A stretch of 63,880 bases of DNA, filler included, from Vannella sp. (GCA_023345925.1; 7 parts of 7 records of this genome joined end to end with filler, not necessarily neighbours in it), one strand, 5' to 3'. Shown: positions 11,514-24,300, counted from the whole stretch's first letter. Numbers and translations: made by a program. The notes: generated from the sequence alone by a model not told the origin.

Positions 11514-12858
11514 TTCTGATCATAAATAATTCCGAACAATTATCAAAACAAAGCTGAAGGAAGAGCGAAAGAAGCGGAAGATATTTTGAGATATTTTGGG
11601 ATAGTCGCATAGCTTGCTCCACAGAGCACTTTTTGGTCTCGGTCTCATGGAGTTTGTAGAAGAGGAGGACTCCGATTGCCTTCCCGGAGGGATGTCCCAC
11701 CAAAGGAGCATCCATACCATACAGAGTAGCCGGAGCAAATCAACTGCCCCTTCGAACATCAAAACGTGCCTCTCAAAAGTAGTAGGTTCTTCCTATTGCT
11801 CCCGCCTGTTCTAACATGAGGTAGTACTCCAAGAAGAAGCTGTCCTCGGAGCTCCTTTTCAAAGCCTCCCCAGAAAGCCGAAAGTTGCGACAGCGAGCCA
11901 AACCCCCAAAGGCTCCTCAAAAGCCAAGAAGAAAGAAGATCCAGGCCACAGCACGGGAGCTCAAAGGGTTTGTGTGGGAGGTGAGTCTATGGAGGAACCC
12001 CCAGGGAGAAGGCCACTAACTTGCTGGAAGGACATGTTCCCTGAAACTCCGTGCGTTCGAAGGGAATCTGGGTAAGCTCCTTTCATCTAAATTACTGCGA
12101 TTCAAACAAGTTTTAGGAACCGCACGTTATCCAGCATCCGAACCAAACGACAGATCCCAGAATTGAACATGTTTGGAGAATAGGCCCATTCAACCGCGAG
12201 GTTGATCCTTCTTGATAACCAACAGACATAAGAAACGGTTAACTGCATCCTAAACACCGAATTAGTCTTTCTGTCTTGGATAGATCAGTCACGAGAAGGA
12301 GAGAATTCACCGCCCAACGGAACTCACCTTGATTCGTGGTGTGACTGCAAACATCGAGTACGCACATAGGGGACCCAAGCATAGTCATAGTCTCTCAGTG
12401 GCAGTCTTTGGACATTAAGATTAAGTGTCGATTAGACAACTTTACCCAAGTCACTTATTCTTTTCAATACCCCATTCCTGTTCTCTACCAAGCCCTTCAG
12501 TCCCTGCAAGACTACTAGTAGGTCCTGGAATCTTGTTGAGTGTCGAGCTCGGATCAACAGATAGGAAAGGGGCCACATTATTGGTACTCGAGCTTGCTGA
12601 CAGGAATTCATTCTGATCTCTTGGCTAAGGGACGCTCCTTTGTAGTATGATAAGGAAGGTATGAATACGAACCAAGTTCCAGCTCCGAACATCCCTAGAA
12701 GGAGAAGAGGAGAATTCTCTCCTCGGCTCTTGAATGATCTCCAAACGGGCAGTTCAGGAAGCTCATCTTATCTCCATTCGAGAAGCTTTTAAAGTCAAGT
12801 CGTTGAAGGATTGTCTCTGCTTGGCCATTTCACAGGCCACCCTCACCATTGGTGTGCA

Positions 12859-14318
12859 ATGCTATTCCGTGGGGCGACCTTCCGGATTGTCAGGAGATGC
12901 GCTGTTTCCCACGAAGAAACGCTGATGGAACGAACCATCGAATGGGCAACTGGTCTACCTGGAGTAAGCTTTATCGATGAGTTCAATCGTCCGCTGACTG
13001 GCCTCCAGAAAGAAGCTTCCCCAGAAGTCCAGGAAGTCCTTGCCGATGTGCAATCTCCTGTCCACAAGGCTGCTCTTGTGGCCATCTGCAAACACATACA
13101 GGTAAAGCTTGCCTCAAGCCCACTGTGAATCAGGCTGAGATCCTACAGAAGAGGACCTATCTCATCAGGAGGAAGGACTTTCTCCTCTTTGCAGGGGGTC
13201 CAATGTTATTGGAGCCGTATGGGTCTCTACAGAAGCTCCTTCAGCAGAACACAGATCTACTTAGCACTCTCAATACCAATGCTCCTCGCAACTACTGGAA
13301 GGATCAGTCCCACCAGCGCGCATTCTTGGAGTCTCTGGCGTCTAGCAAGGGACTGTCCGTCCCAGACCAACTAGATCAGATCTCAAGAAACGAAATCGTC
13401 CAGTCTGGCGGTCGTCAGCTCCTGAGGCAGCACCCATCTTTGTACTCGATGTGCAAAGCTCTATATCCGGACTTCCCGTGGACGTTGTCCTCGTTTGCCA
13501 GGACTCCACGGGGATCTTGGGATAGTACATCAAACCAGAAAGAGTTCTTCGACCAGATGATCCAAGAGTTACAGCTTCCTAGTCCCCTCAGCCTCGCCGA
13601 GATCTCTACCACCGAGGTGAAGGAGAGAGGAGGGCGCTCAATCATGGACAAGTACCCCTCCTACTACTCTTTGCTACGAAAACTATATCCAGAGCAAGAT
13701 TGGAGCATTGCTCGCCAGCGAATCCCACGAGGTCATTGGGGGGAAAGCGCGAACGTTGCTGAGTTCGTGGAGGCTGTGCGCCAGACATACGCCATCAAGA
13801 CGAAAGAGGACTGGTATCGAGTATCTCTCAATCAGCTGGGAGAGATAACTGGAGGAGATCGCCTCCTTCGATTATATGGTGGTCTTGGCGCTATCCTCGC
13901 TGAAGTCTATCCTGAAGAGCACTGGGATACCCTTCGCTTCAAGAAGAGAGACAAGCGTGCTGCACAGCGCTTCCTGTTTGTCCAGCTCAGCCGCCTCTTC
14001 CCCGCTTACGAGATTATCGAAGAGCACAACCATGCGGATGCTACACGGCTTTCTGGTCAAACAGTGGAACTGGACGTCTTCATACCCGCTCTTGGCTTAG
14101 CTTTTGAGTATCACGGGGTGCACCACTACAAGGAGACCACAGCTTTCGGTCCCATCGAGCTGTACCTCGAAAGGGATCAAGAAAAGCTGTCTTTGTGTCG
14201 CCAATGTGAAATAGAACTGGTTGTAATACCCTACACTTGGGATGGTAAAATCAGCAGTCTCAGGCAACAGATTCCCGCCCGTTTTTTGGAACAAAGCGAG
14301 GAGAAAGGATTTCATTGA
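12859..14318 (+). CDS. Repeat-array + Vsr/DUF559/RAP-like PD-(D/E)xK nuclease-fold protein (~470 aa), putative organellar presequence; intron 13102-13148
   Basis: N-terminus MLFRGATFRIVRRCAVS. Three ~74-aa repeats (PRxxW...F...GGxxLL...YPxxxW) plus a partial one. C-terminus ELDVFIPALGLAFEYHGVHHY...RDQEKLSLC...IELVVIPYTW. Confidence 0.8.
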
Positions 14319-14471
14319 TAAATAGGACAAACATACACGGTTGGTTGGGTTGGTAGGAGCTTAGCTTCTGTTGGTGGTCTTGGGCTTTCGCATGTCCCAG
14401 ACGAAGGAGAACAGAGGGGAGATCATGGCACGCAGTGGGGGTCGATCAAGTTTTGTATCTCCTTGGACCCC

Positions 14472-14571
14472 NNNNNNNNNNNNNNNNNNNNNNNNNNNNN
14501 NNNNNNNNNNNNNNNTTAATTAATTAANNNNNNNNNNNNNNNNNNNNNNNNNNNNNNNNNNNNNNNNNNNN
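14472..14571. other. Artificial contig linker
   Basis: N44-TTAATTAATTAA-N44. Confidence 0.99.
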
Positions 14572-14933
14572 AGCAGCCACTTTCTCTGAGATAAGAACAA
14601 GCAATCCTATCTTGAAGGAGGAGAGCTCCTTTCGAAGCAAAGATGCGAAGCCCTCACAGGCCCATGAGCCTGTTCAGAAGGTTCCTTTGTTAAACGGTGT
14701 GCTCCATTTGTCATCCTTCACAACCTGATCAAGAATGTGCGCTTCTGCATGAAGTTCAACTGTCTGGAAAGTGAAGTCAGGAAGATGGTAAACCAACGCC
14801 CCACAATGCAAAGAATAAATAGTATTTTATACTCGACACTCTCGAGAGGGCCACTTTCTGACTGGACTGTGTTGAGTTTGGTTAACCTGAAGCGGGAAGG
14901 TGGTGGGAAGGCGCTGTCTTCTGAGGTGATGTC

Positions 14934-15434
14934 TCATCTTTGTCCTAGTAAATCAGAACAACTGTGTAGGAGTGCTGGAGAAGCGCAAGGACGATCCCTT
15001 CGAAGGAGAGGAAGCAAGTGGTGATGGCCTTCTTCAGTAGCCCAGTCGATTGGTGAGGCTCCTTGAGAGTCAAGGAAGTCTGCACGAGCTCCCTTTGCAA
15101 GGAGAGAAAGGATCACTTGCTCTTGGTCAGCCTTGACAGCCCAGTGGAGAGCAGTTTCGCCGTAAACATTGATTGTGTCGACTTGAACGCCTTCTTGCTG
15201 CAATAAGAACACAACAAAGCGAGGGTCTCTTCGAAGAGCGGCAAAGTGAAGGACAGTGCTGCCCATATCCGTCACATCATGGATATCAGCCAGCAGTAGA
15301 GTCAGCTGGTTCTCGCAGAAGGAGTTTCCCACCAAGGCTCGGAGTAGAGGTGACCACTTCTTCATCATGGAGGAAACAAAGTGATGATACGATCGCGAGC
15401 CTTTGAACCAACAAAACACGATCAAAACCCCCAT
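14934..15434 (-). CDS. Small ankyrin-repeat protein (start uncertain)
   Basis: GSTVLHFAA, GETALHWAV, GASPIDWA ankyrin motifs. Confidence 0.85.
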   Translation of the reverse strand: MGVLIVFCWFKGSRSYHHFVSSMMKKWSPLLRALVGNSFCENQLTLLLADIHDVTDMGSTVLHFAALRRDPRFVVFLLQQEGVQVDTINVYGETALHWAVKADQEQVILSLLAKGARADFLDSQGASPIDWATEEGHHHLLPLLRRDRPCASPALLHSCSDLLGQR

Positions 15435-15942
15435 TTAGGCCACATTCTTTGAACCGAAATTCCGCCAGACCAAATCGGTGCTTTGCAAGTATCTCTCCTT
15501 CACAGCTCGATAAAGTAGAGGCATTTTTGTGATTTCGTAGGTTGTAAGCGAAATCCCACGTCTTCACTCTCACCTGCACACAGCATTGGTGTGCTCTGAT
15601 TGGTGGCTTGCGCGTCAAATTCCTCAGCGGACTGCAGTAGAGTCTTGAGCTCGCCGACAACATTCCGTTTTCCAAGCCGTCTACGCTTTGCTAGGTCGTT
15701 GGCTGTTCTTGATTGGCTGGGAAAAGGGACTCGCATCACTGGACCCCTGGATGGAGGTGAAGAGTGACAAGTCGCTAGCGGGTGCACTTTTTGTTTGCAC
15801 AACTTCCACGCTTTCTTCTCTCCAACCCTCCACCGAACGATTGGGTTGGACATGCAATGTTTCTTTCCCTCTAAGAATGATTTCCCTCAAAGCCCTTGGG
15901 CTTCTCATAAAGGGCTGATTTACTCATCTCTGAAAAAGTGAG

Positions 15943-17174
15943 TTACTCTCTTGGCTTGCGATCTCCGTTGGAGCCCATCGCAGTGGGATCCATACTGGGA
16001 TAAAGTTGCGCGCCAGAGAACGCATGAGAAGGGACACCACTTTGTAAGGCCAGGGGTTGGTTGGGTAATGTGGGGATTGAGCCGCGTCCCCATGCCAAAC
16101 TGAGTTGGAGACCATCAATGTTCAGCTGGCGGAACAAGGTGCGAGCGGCCTGTTCCGCTGCTCTTCTATCTACGAAGGTGACAAAGGCTGACTCCAGCTT
16201 GGGCATGACTGCCACTGATTGGAGCTCACCGAAAGGGGCAAACTTGGCTCTCAGGCTAGCCTGAGTGACAGAAGGCTTGATTCCTCCGACATAGAGGGTG
16301 GTTATCGAAGTGTCTTGAGGAGGAACCAGTCGCCCTCGAGTGGGCTTCTTCTCGGCTTCTTGATTGGGAGGGCGGTGGATGGTCCTTCCGTGTGGTCTCA
16401 CATCGTCATTGATCTTCTCATGCCTGAGGGCCATTCGTCGTGAGCGACGCCAGAGTGGGAGGGGAGGGAATGCCTACTTGTGGGGACATTCAGTGCCACG
16501 GTGGCACGTGCCCTTGAGGAAGAACGAGCAAGGGCGAGCTTCCACTCTGAAGGATTCAGTCTTCTCGCTGAGGATCTGAAGCATCTGATCGGGCGTGGTG
16601 GTCTCCCGTTCCCTTTGGGAGATGGCAATCTTCTTGTTGTGAGGACTATACGCTTCGGGTGGCTGATGTAACCTACCATCTTTGGTGCTTGGTCCATAAA
16701 GTACTCTCTGTTGGCTTCAGACGTGGGCATCGGCACGGCAGAGTTCAGAGCTTGGTCACGGATGTGAGAGGGGAGGCCTAGGAGCTTCTGTTAGTCTCCA
16801 CATGGATATAGCTTGCATCATTAACCCAATACATACCATATTGAAGGTCCAGGATGCACGTCTGACACACGTTCTTCAGTTTAGCGCAAACTTGGCAGAT
16901 GAGCGTCTGCCGGAACCTTTCCCTTGGTCCTGGGCGCCAACGGAAGACTGTGTATGGACGAGAACAGGTCTTACACTCCTTCCCAAACTTCTCCTTGGTC
17001 TACATCCATCGCCCGCCCATCAGGCCTCCCTCACGCTCTGTAAGGGCGCTTTCATACCATGCGGATGTACGGGTTGTCTCCCAAACAGCCCTCACAGAGG
17101 ATAGGGAAGTCAGTGTCCTCCCAGGACTGCTTGTGGTCGTCTTGCTTACGACGAACAATGCTTGTATGCGACAT
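15943..17174 (-). CDS. RBM22: Pre-mRNA splicing factor RBM22/Slt11 (multi-exon)
   Basis: [23 protein letters not shown]-terminus, CCCH finger, [17 protein letters not shown] and LYPSMDP tail. Confidence 0.93.
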
Positions 17175-17212
17175 AGCCCGCGGGGAAGGCTTGGCGGAGA
17201 GGAAATGGTTGT

Positions 17213-18040
17213 TTATGACGTTCTCGAGAGAACTGCCAGGCTTGGGTGTTGTAGACCGCCTTGTTCCAACTACGAGTGTGAGTAGGAGATGAGAGGAGGG
17301 CGGTAGCTTACCCAATCGATGTGGAAAGCTTTGGCCACGCGTTGGAAGAAGTGGGCCTCGTCTGCAGGGTTTCGCGAGGAGAAGGCGAAGAGGACACGCG
17401 TAGAGGGTCTACTGACTTCCATCATGCTCTCAAGGAGGGCATCTGAGTGCTTCAGATTGTAGATGCAGTCGCTTACGATCAAAAGGTCAAAAGGGGGCTG
17501 TAGATCAACAGTGGAGCTTCCCCTGGGAAGGAATGGATTAGTACAGGTTGCATGTAGAGTCAGTAGACGGCTTGCTTACCATTGAAAGCCTCTGGCTACT
17601 GCAGACGATCGATTCAGTGTGATGTTGATGTCGAGGAGAGGAACAACCTCCTCCAGGTCCGTTAAGACTACTCTCTCAGCTCCTGCGTGTTGTTACTTGT
17701 ATGTTCTTTACTTGAGGATGCACATACCTAAGCGACTGAGGACTATCCCTGCTAACCCCGTACCCGCCCCAAGTTCTAGCACGTGCAGGCCTTGAAACGC
17801 ATCAGCATTGTCTTTGTGCTGTTGTGAGACCCAATGTAGAACACGGTGGTACTATAAACAGTGTCAACAAGCAACTAGGAGCGAGAGTCTACCAACCGCG
17901 AACCAAACTTCTCCCGCCACACCACCTCCTTCATCCGTTTGCACGACAAAGTCTTCTCCAACCAAGGAGAAGTGCTTTTGCGTCGATTCATCCACTTGCA
18001 CGAGGCGGCTCTTCTTTATCTGCTGCAAAACAGCGTTCAT
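17213..18040 (-). CDS. METTL21/Methyltransf_16-family protein lysine methyltransferase (multi-exon; start 18040 or 18118)
   Basis: Spliced motifs [40 protein letters not shown] (DxxY). Confidence 0.85.
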
Positions 18041-18142
18041 GAGACGGAGTGTGCGGAGAGAAGAGCTGCAATGATGAAGTCGTGCTTGAGGATGTCCTGA
18101 GCAGTGTTTGATTCTCATTAGCCATTTAGAGGAGGTGCAGTT

Positions 18143-19310
18143 ATGGGGAAGGCGCTGTTGGGGGCTAACTTTGTGTTGCTTGGTGTTGTGATTGCTCTAA
18201 GTGGCTGGATTGTGGTTCGTGCGACGCACAAGGAGTTGGTTCCTCTATCAGTGAAGCTTCAGCACGACTGCATGCAAGCGGCCTTCTTCTTGCAAGGAGT
18301 GGGATCGCCCCTTCCTTTCTCTCGGTGGATCGCTTCCATCCTCCCATCTACTGGAGTAGACAATAAGAGTGTGTTCTCTATTGAAGTTCCTTCCTTACAA
18401 CCCAATCGTACGAAGCAGGTGGTCCCTATCCGACTCTACGCTCCCTCATCCCCTCGTGTAAGGCACTCTACAACTCGTTTTCAGGACTGATCGCAAGTAG
18501 AGGAAGCACGGAAAGGTACCTTCTTTAGTCTGGCTACATGGAGGAGGCTTCGTCTTTGGAAGCGTTCGAGATAGGGCGAGCGATCGAATGGCGCGCTCTC
18601 TGGCAGACCGTTTGGGGGTCTTTGTCATTGCCATCGAGTACTCTTTGGCTCCTGAGCATCCATTTCCAGATGCCCTTGAAGATTGCTACTCCGTGCTGGC
18701 CTTCATGAATGATGGAGAGGCTGATTGGCTGAATGGCCAAGGCCAGTTCTCCCATCTGCCGCCAATCGCCCTTTCCTTCACGTTCATTGGAGGTGTTAGC
18801 GCGGGTGCCAACCTAGCCATCCAAAGCAAACTCCTTTGGCTCAGTCGAGGCGAGGGGCAAGCAAAGTTCGAAGGCGTTTCGGATCACCATTCGCACCCGT
18901 TAGTAAGCCGGATGCGTTTTGCTGGTGAAATCCTTCTGAGTCCTGATCTGATGAGATCACCTGATACTGAGCAATACATGGTGGCGGAGTACATCCTTGT
19001 TGGATCAACAAATACGGTTCTAAGACAAATGTACCTGGCCAATCAGACGCTTTCGCATCCTCTCGTCAGTTTAGTGAACAATCCGCAGCTTGTTGGGCGC
19101 GCTCTTCTAAGGCCTCTTTTCTTCTCTGTTCGCCCCGGATTGTTTCATCAATGCATTCAAACTTTCCACGACAATCTCAATCAAGCAGGATTCCTTTCGT
19201 CTCTCACCACGTTACACTCTCTCCCTCATAGCGATTACATGATTAGAGAGAAAAGCCGGCTCACTTTCTTGAAAGCAGCAAAAGATCACTTGGAAACAAT
19301 TTTGGAGTAA
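18143..19310 (+). CDS. HSL/GDXG-family alpha/beta hydrolase with N-terminal membrane anchor; intron 18458-18500
   Basis: LHGGGF, EYSLAPEHPFPDALEDC, GVSAG nucleophile elbow. Confidence 0.85.
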
Positions 19311-19493
19311 ACCTGTTAAAGTAACATTTGATGTTTGGTGAGATCAATGTCAATTCACAAAATATGATGGTTGACGAATTGACCAACCGATCGAGCAATA
19401 ACATCATTCCTTCTATCCCATAATAGCCTGCATGTTGCCAGGATTGACTACGAGGAGGTATTTTCTGCGGTACTACACTAAATACACTAAAGA

Positions 19494-21266
19494 ATGCGTG
19501 TGAAGAACGAAGAAGATAGGAGCCTGAGTCTTGGAATGCTGTCCTTGCAAAAGGATCTCCCTCTCTTCTCTGGAACACATGTGGCGATGTGCCGTGTCAC
19601 GGCGACTGAGCGGATTGCTTCGGAGGACGTAGCTCCGGTGGGGTTGGTATTGGTGGTGGATGTGAGTTCGAGCATGGAGGGGCAGAAACTGGAAGCGTTG
19701 AAGAACACGATCTTGTTTGTGATCTCTTCTTTGTCATCCAAAGACCTACTGGGGATTGTGGAGTACCACAGCACTGCCAGGACAGCATTGACTCTCACCA
19801 AGATGGACCTCTCCGGAAAGGAAAAGGCGAAATCTGCCGTTCAAGCAATGAGAGCGACTGGACTGACTAATCTCAGCGGAGGGCTTCTGGAAGGCCTCCG
19901 CCTATTCCCTCCTGGTGACCCGATGATGGTCAAATCGCTGATTCTGATGACTGATGGAGAGATCAACGAGGGGATACTGACGTCCTCTGGAATCTCTGCG
20001 ATGGTGGACGCAACTGGAGTGGATTGTGCCATCAATACCTTTGGGTATGGTTGCTCTGTGCCAATGGAGCTTCTGGCTGCCATTGCAAGGCAGAAAGGAG
20101 GGATGTATTATCACATCCAGGATGTTGAGACGATTGCCTCCTCTTTCGCGGACTGCTTGGGAGGGATTCTCTCCATCCGAGGACAAGGACTCTCTTTGAA
20201 AGTTGAGTTGTCCCCAGATGTTGTATTTGGAAGGATCTTGACCGCACGTGAAATGGTGCAAGACGGGTCTTCTCTGAAAATGGCTCTGGGAGACATCCAG
20301 GATGGCGAAGAAAGAGATGTCCTTTTTGAATTCACTCTCAAACACTCGGAGGCCGGGACTCAAGTTGTGGCAAGCGCTACTTTGGAGTACTATGATGTCC
20401 TCACAGAAACGCTAACAACAGTTGGTTGCCGACTCTCGGTCCAACGCCGAGTGGCCGTGGATGACAAGAAAGATCTCCGAGTGGATTCAAGCTTGAATAG
20501 AGTCAGATGCGCTGAGTCTATCTCCGGAGCTTTCAAACTTGCCAGAGTAGGATTGTATGAGAAAGCAAGGGAGCAGCTCTCTCTTGCTATCCAGGCCATT
20601 CAGGCCTCCCCTTCTGGACAAGAAGAACTTTCTCAGTTGCTTGTTGGGCAGCTTGAGGCCGCTTTGGTCGCAACACACAATTCAGATGTGTTCTTCTCAA
20701 ACGGGAAATGCTATCTGGCTGCAACAATTGATATGCTCTATCAGCAACGCTCCAGTCCCGGTTACTCACCTGCTTACCCGCCTACTTACCCAACCAGTTC
20801 CACATCATCCTCGCCCACCAGCCCCTATCCAACTGCCGCAAGCTATTCTCCTTCAATTCACAGTCGTAGTTACTCTCCGCCGAGCCCTTGCTATTCTCCA
20901 TCAAGCCCAAGCTACTCTCCTTCTAGCCCATGCTATTCTCCGTCGAGCCCATGCCATTCTCCTTCGAGCCCAAGTTACTCTCCATCGAGCCCATGCTATT
21001 CTCCTTCGAGCCCAAGTTACTCTCCATCGAGCCCAAGCTATTCTCCTTCGAGCCCAAGCTACTCTCCTTCGAGCCCAAGCTATTCTCCTTCGAGCCCAAG
21101 AGACTCTCCATCGAGCCCAAGTTATTCTCCATTCTATTCCTTCCGCAATCCGGGTGAAGCTGAGAGGTCCCCTCTAGCTGTGAAGGAGCCGCCAAAAATG
21201 TTCCAAACTGCAAAACGCACCCAAATGCTCTCCTTGTTGCAAAGTGCCCAGCGCACCTCCGAGTAA
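19494..21266 (+). CDS. vWA-domain protein with C-terminal RNA-Pol-II-CTD-like heptad array
   Basis: MIDAS motif [18 protein letters not shown]. Twelve tandem YSPSSP(S/C) heptads. Confidence 0.88.
   Translation: MRVKNEEDRSLSLGMLSLQKDLPLFSGTHVAMCRVTATERIASEDVAPVGLVLVVDVSSSMEGQKLEALKNTILFVISSLSSKDLLGIVEYHSTARTALTLTKMDLSGKEKAKSAVQAMRATGLTNLSGGLLEGLRLFPPGDPMMVKSLILMTDGEINEGILTSSGISAMVDATGVDCAINTFGYGCSVPMELLAAIARQKGGMYYHIQDVETIASSFADCLGGILSIRGQGLSLKVELSPDVVFGRILTAREMVQDGSSLKMALGDIQDGEERDVLFEFTLKHSEAGTQVVASATLEYYDVLTETLTTVGCRLSVQRRVAVDDKKDLRVDSSLNRVRCAESISGAFKLARVGLYEKAREQLSLAIQAIQASPSGQEELSQLLVGQLEAALVATHNSDVFFSNGKCYLAATIDMLYQQRSSPGYSPAYPPTYPTSSTSSSPTSPYPTAASYSPSIHSRSYSPPSPCYSPSSPSYSPSSPCYSPSSPCHSPSSPSYSPSSPCYSPSSPSYSPSSPSYSPSSPSYSPSSPSYSPSSPRDSPSSPSYSPFYSFRNPGEAERSPLAVKEPPKMFQTAKRTQMLSLLQSAQRTSE
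20871..21131 (+). repeat. 21-bp tandem repeat, 12 copies plus a partial, encoding YSPSSPS-type heptads
   Basis: Unit ta(c/t)tctcc(a/t)tcgagccca(agc/agt/tgc) is directly visible. Confidence 0.97.
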
Positions 21267-21347
21267 CCATTTAGCCTTTCACGATCCTCTGAAGCAGGGC
21301 TCCGCAGAGTATGGATACTCAAATACTAAGCCCATGAATGATGTTTG

Positions 21348-24300
21348 TTATCTCAAGTTTATCGACAGGGCGGGATGGCGTTGAGAAATCATTTCTAGAG
21401 CGTGAGAAGTTGTGTGGGTATTGCGCATATGAATAATTCTAAGAGAGCAGATTCCAGGGAGGTGAATGAGAGCACTATCAGAAATCATGGAGTCCTCCAC
21501 CCAAAGCACTTGAAGATGCTTTAGCACTTGCAGAGGGAGAATAGCTGAGTTAGTGATGTTATTCCCACTCACATCAACTTCACGAAGACAACTGAGTCGA
21601 ACCAGCTTGGCTATACAGTTGTCTGTTAGTGCTTGTTGGCGCAAACTAAGGTAAGTCAGCGAATGCATGTTCCGGAGGAAGTTGACTGCTTCATCTCCTA
21701 TTCCGTTCTCATTGACACGATTATTGAGTCTCAGTCGAACCAAGTTCTTCATTGGCAGGAGGAATGAGAGGTGCCCGATTGCACCCCTCCGGGACATCCA
21801 AGGCCTGGTGTTCGCAATCGGGTTTCCAGAAAGATCCAAATCAGTCAGATGATTTGCCATTCGAGAGAAGCTTTTGTGGTCAGTGTGGCGGTCCAGGCCG
21901 ATTTGGTTGAAGGACAGATCCAGAGTTTGTAACGCACTCATGTTGCTCAGTGCACTTACGCCCTCTCCGGTGATAAAATTGTTTGCGAGGCTGAGTCGAG
22001 TGAGAGAAGTGAGACCGGAAAAGACGCCTTCTATTGAGTCGTCATACATTTCGGAGTTTTCAATACTAAGGGAGGTCAAATGGGTTAACACAGCCAGTGA
22101 AGATTGCTTCCCAAGTGTGAGAAGCTGAGTTAAATACAATTCGTTAAGATCAGGTAGCTCCCTTAGTCGGTAGATACTTGTAGGGCTCAGCTCCTGCCCT
22201 GGGAGATGCAATGCCCGAAGAGTGGTTATTTGGATAATACTGTCAATCCACTCATCTGTAATACAACTTGCGTTCGTCCCACTTGCTTGCAATAGATTCA
22301 AACTGATGAGGCACTGAAGTTGGGGCACATGGAAGAGCACAAAGCTGATATTGACAGAGGAATATGACATATCTAAGAATTGTAATTTCCTGAGACCTGC
22401 AACCATTGCACAGAGCTGCTCTCCATTTCCACACTCTTGTAGATGCGAAACGTTTAGTTGTCGAAGGCTGTCCCTCATCTCCAGTAGGAAGCCCCAGCTG
22501 TGGATTCCGTTGCACCCTTCCAAGTTCAGATCAACCACGTGTGAAAGCCGTCCCCCAAGTTGGTCCAAGCTTTCAGCAGAGATAGTGCAGTGAGAAAGAT
22601 CTAAATAGGTGAAGGATTCTGCCAAGTCGCCCAACGAGACGATAAGTGATTCCGGACGAGAATCTGCTCGTGTACTTGTTCTCTGGAAGCGATCAGGAAT
22701 CATCAGACCTTGGATTGGTAGCAAGTTGCCATTTGGTCTTTGAAAAACGCTCTCGAATAGCCCAGTGACTCCGTATCTCCGAAGACTGGTATGGAAAACC
22801 TCTGTCAGTAGTGAAGGAGGTAAAATGGACAAGTCAAAGCCCCGAATCTTTCGTTCTTGATGAAATATGAGATCTCCTTCACCATAAAGGTCCATAACTT
22901 TGCGCATTGCAATGTCCCGAAGAGATATGGGTTGAATAGAAGTGAGCAAATGCCGCGACTCTTCGTCCACAACGTTCCAAATAGGAATAGAAACATGTTT
23001 GAAGAGTTCTACTTGCCCTTCTGCACTACGAGAGAAATATAAACGGCTCTTCCAGATGGGCACTGTGTCATCATCCGGACTAAGTCCCATCTTCCACCGA
23101 TAATTCACATCTGGCTTATTCCAAAACTCCAAGCAATAAGGAAGCAGCTCTCCTTGGGTGGAGCTATTCAGGTGAACTTCATCTCGTTCGAGCAAGTCAC
23201 TTTGGACCGCAATAAAAGAAGGAATCTTGATGAGCTGCATCCACTTCAGTTTGATCAGGAACCGTTGGCTGTACGCTCTCCAGTGATCCATCACACTCTT
23301 AATGTCTTTGGGAAAGAGAATGGGGACGTTTGGAAGCATTAAACCCCACGGCTGCTCGAGGAAGCCGAAAATCTCTGCTGCTTTCCATGCTTGGACCCCG
23401 AGGAAACGCTCACGCTCTATATCAACTGATAGACTGAGAGGAAAGGACTCTTTGGAAGCCTCAGTCTCATCAGATCCTCGAACGAGCCCGCTGATGCTCT
23501 TGATCGTGCTCTTTGCACTCTTACTGAACTCTTTACCGATCTGGGAGAACATTGAAGGGATCCAGTACTCTCCATTATCTTCTGCACGCTTGATCTGACG
23601 CTCCTCTTCGGCTCTGGCTTCTTCTGCCTCCCAACCTTGAGCGGCCAGTGACGCAAAGATGCGAGAGCAAGCTCCCTGGGTGATCCTCTTCGTATCAAAG
23701 CTTACAGAGAAGCATGTGTAGGTTACACTGTTCTCCTTAGATCGAGGCTGGAGCTTTCTGACCAGTTCTCCCTCTTCAAGCGACATTCCTTCCACCTTTC
23801 GGGGACTCTCTGGGTCTGTAGCCTTCCTCGGTGAATGAGAGCCATCACACGATATACTGGGCATCTCTTGTCCCTCTTTCTCAAGGATGGACTGGATACG
23901 AGCTCTCATCTCCACAAGAGAAGGTGTTGGAAACTGTTCTTCGTACAGTTGGGGAGAGGAAGGCTCCAGGTCGATGTGATTGGCCATTCCGACAACGAAG
24001 CGCTTTCCAAGACGAAGTCTGAACAGGTACATGCCCGACAGGACGTCCTTTGAAGCCTCTGTGAGTCTGTGATCATCAAAAGAGGCTCGTTTTCGCTTAC
24101 CCGGCGGCTGCTGTCCACGAGGAACTCGAATTGAGTGTCTTTTGGATTGTCATGTAAGATGACATGCTTGCTAGCTGCATAAACGACCTTGCGAAGCGTC
24201 TCTCGCCTCTCTGCGATGGTCGAGTCAACAAAGTAGACGTAGCTGTACCCAGCAAGCCGCCACTCCTCTGGTATATCACGACGATCAATCTCTACAATCG

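Noticed and set aside
12859..14318. Active mobile element or homing endonuclease
   Set aside because: No host intron, intein, terminal repeats or target duplication seen; the gene has a spliceosomal intron and presequence-like start.
20871..21131. RPB1 gene or CRISPR array
   Set aside because: No polymerase domains in the ORF, and the repeats are contiguous coding 21-mers without spacers.
20923..21270. Alternative-frame and antisense repeat ORFs (FEPKLLS / LGSKENS)
   Set aside because: Shadows of the heptad repeat.
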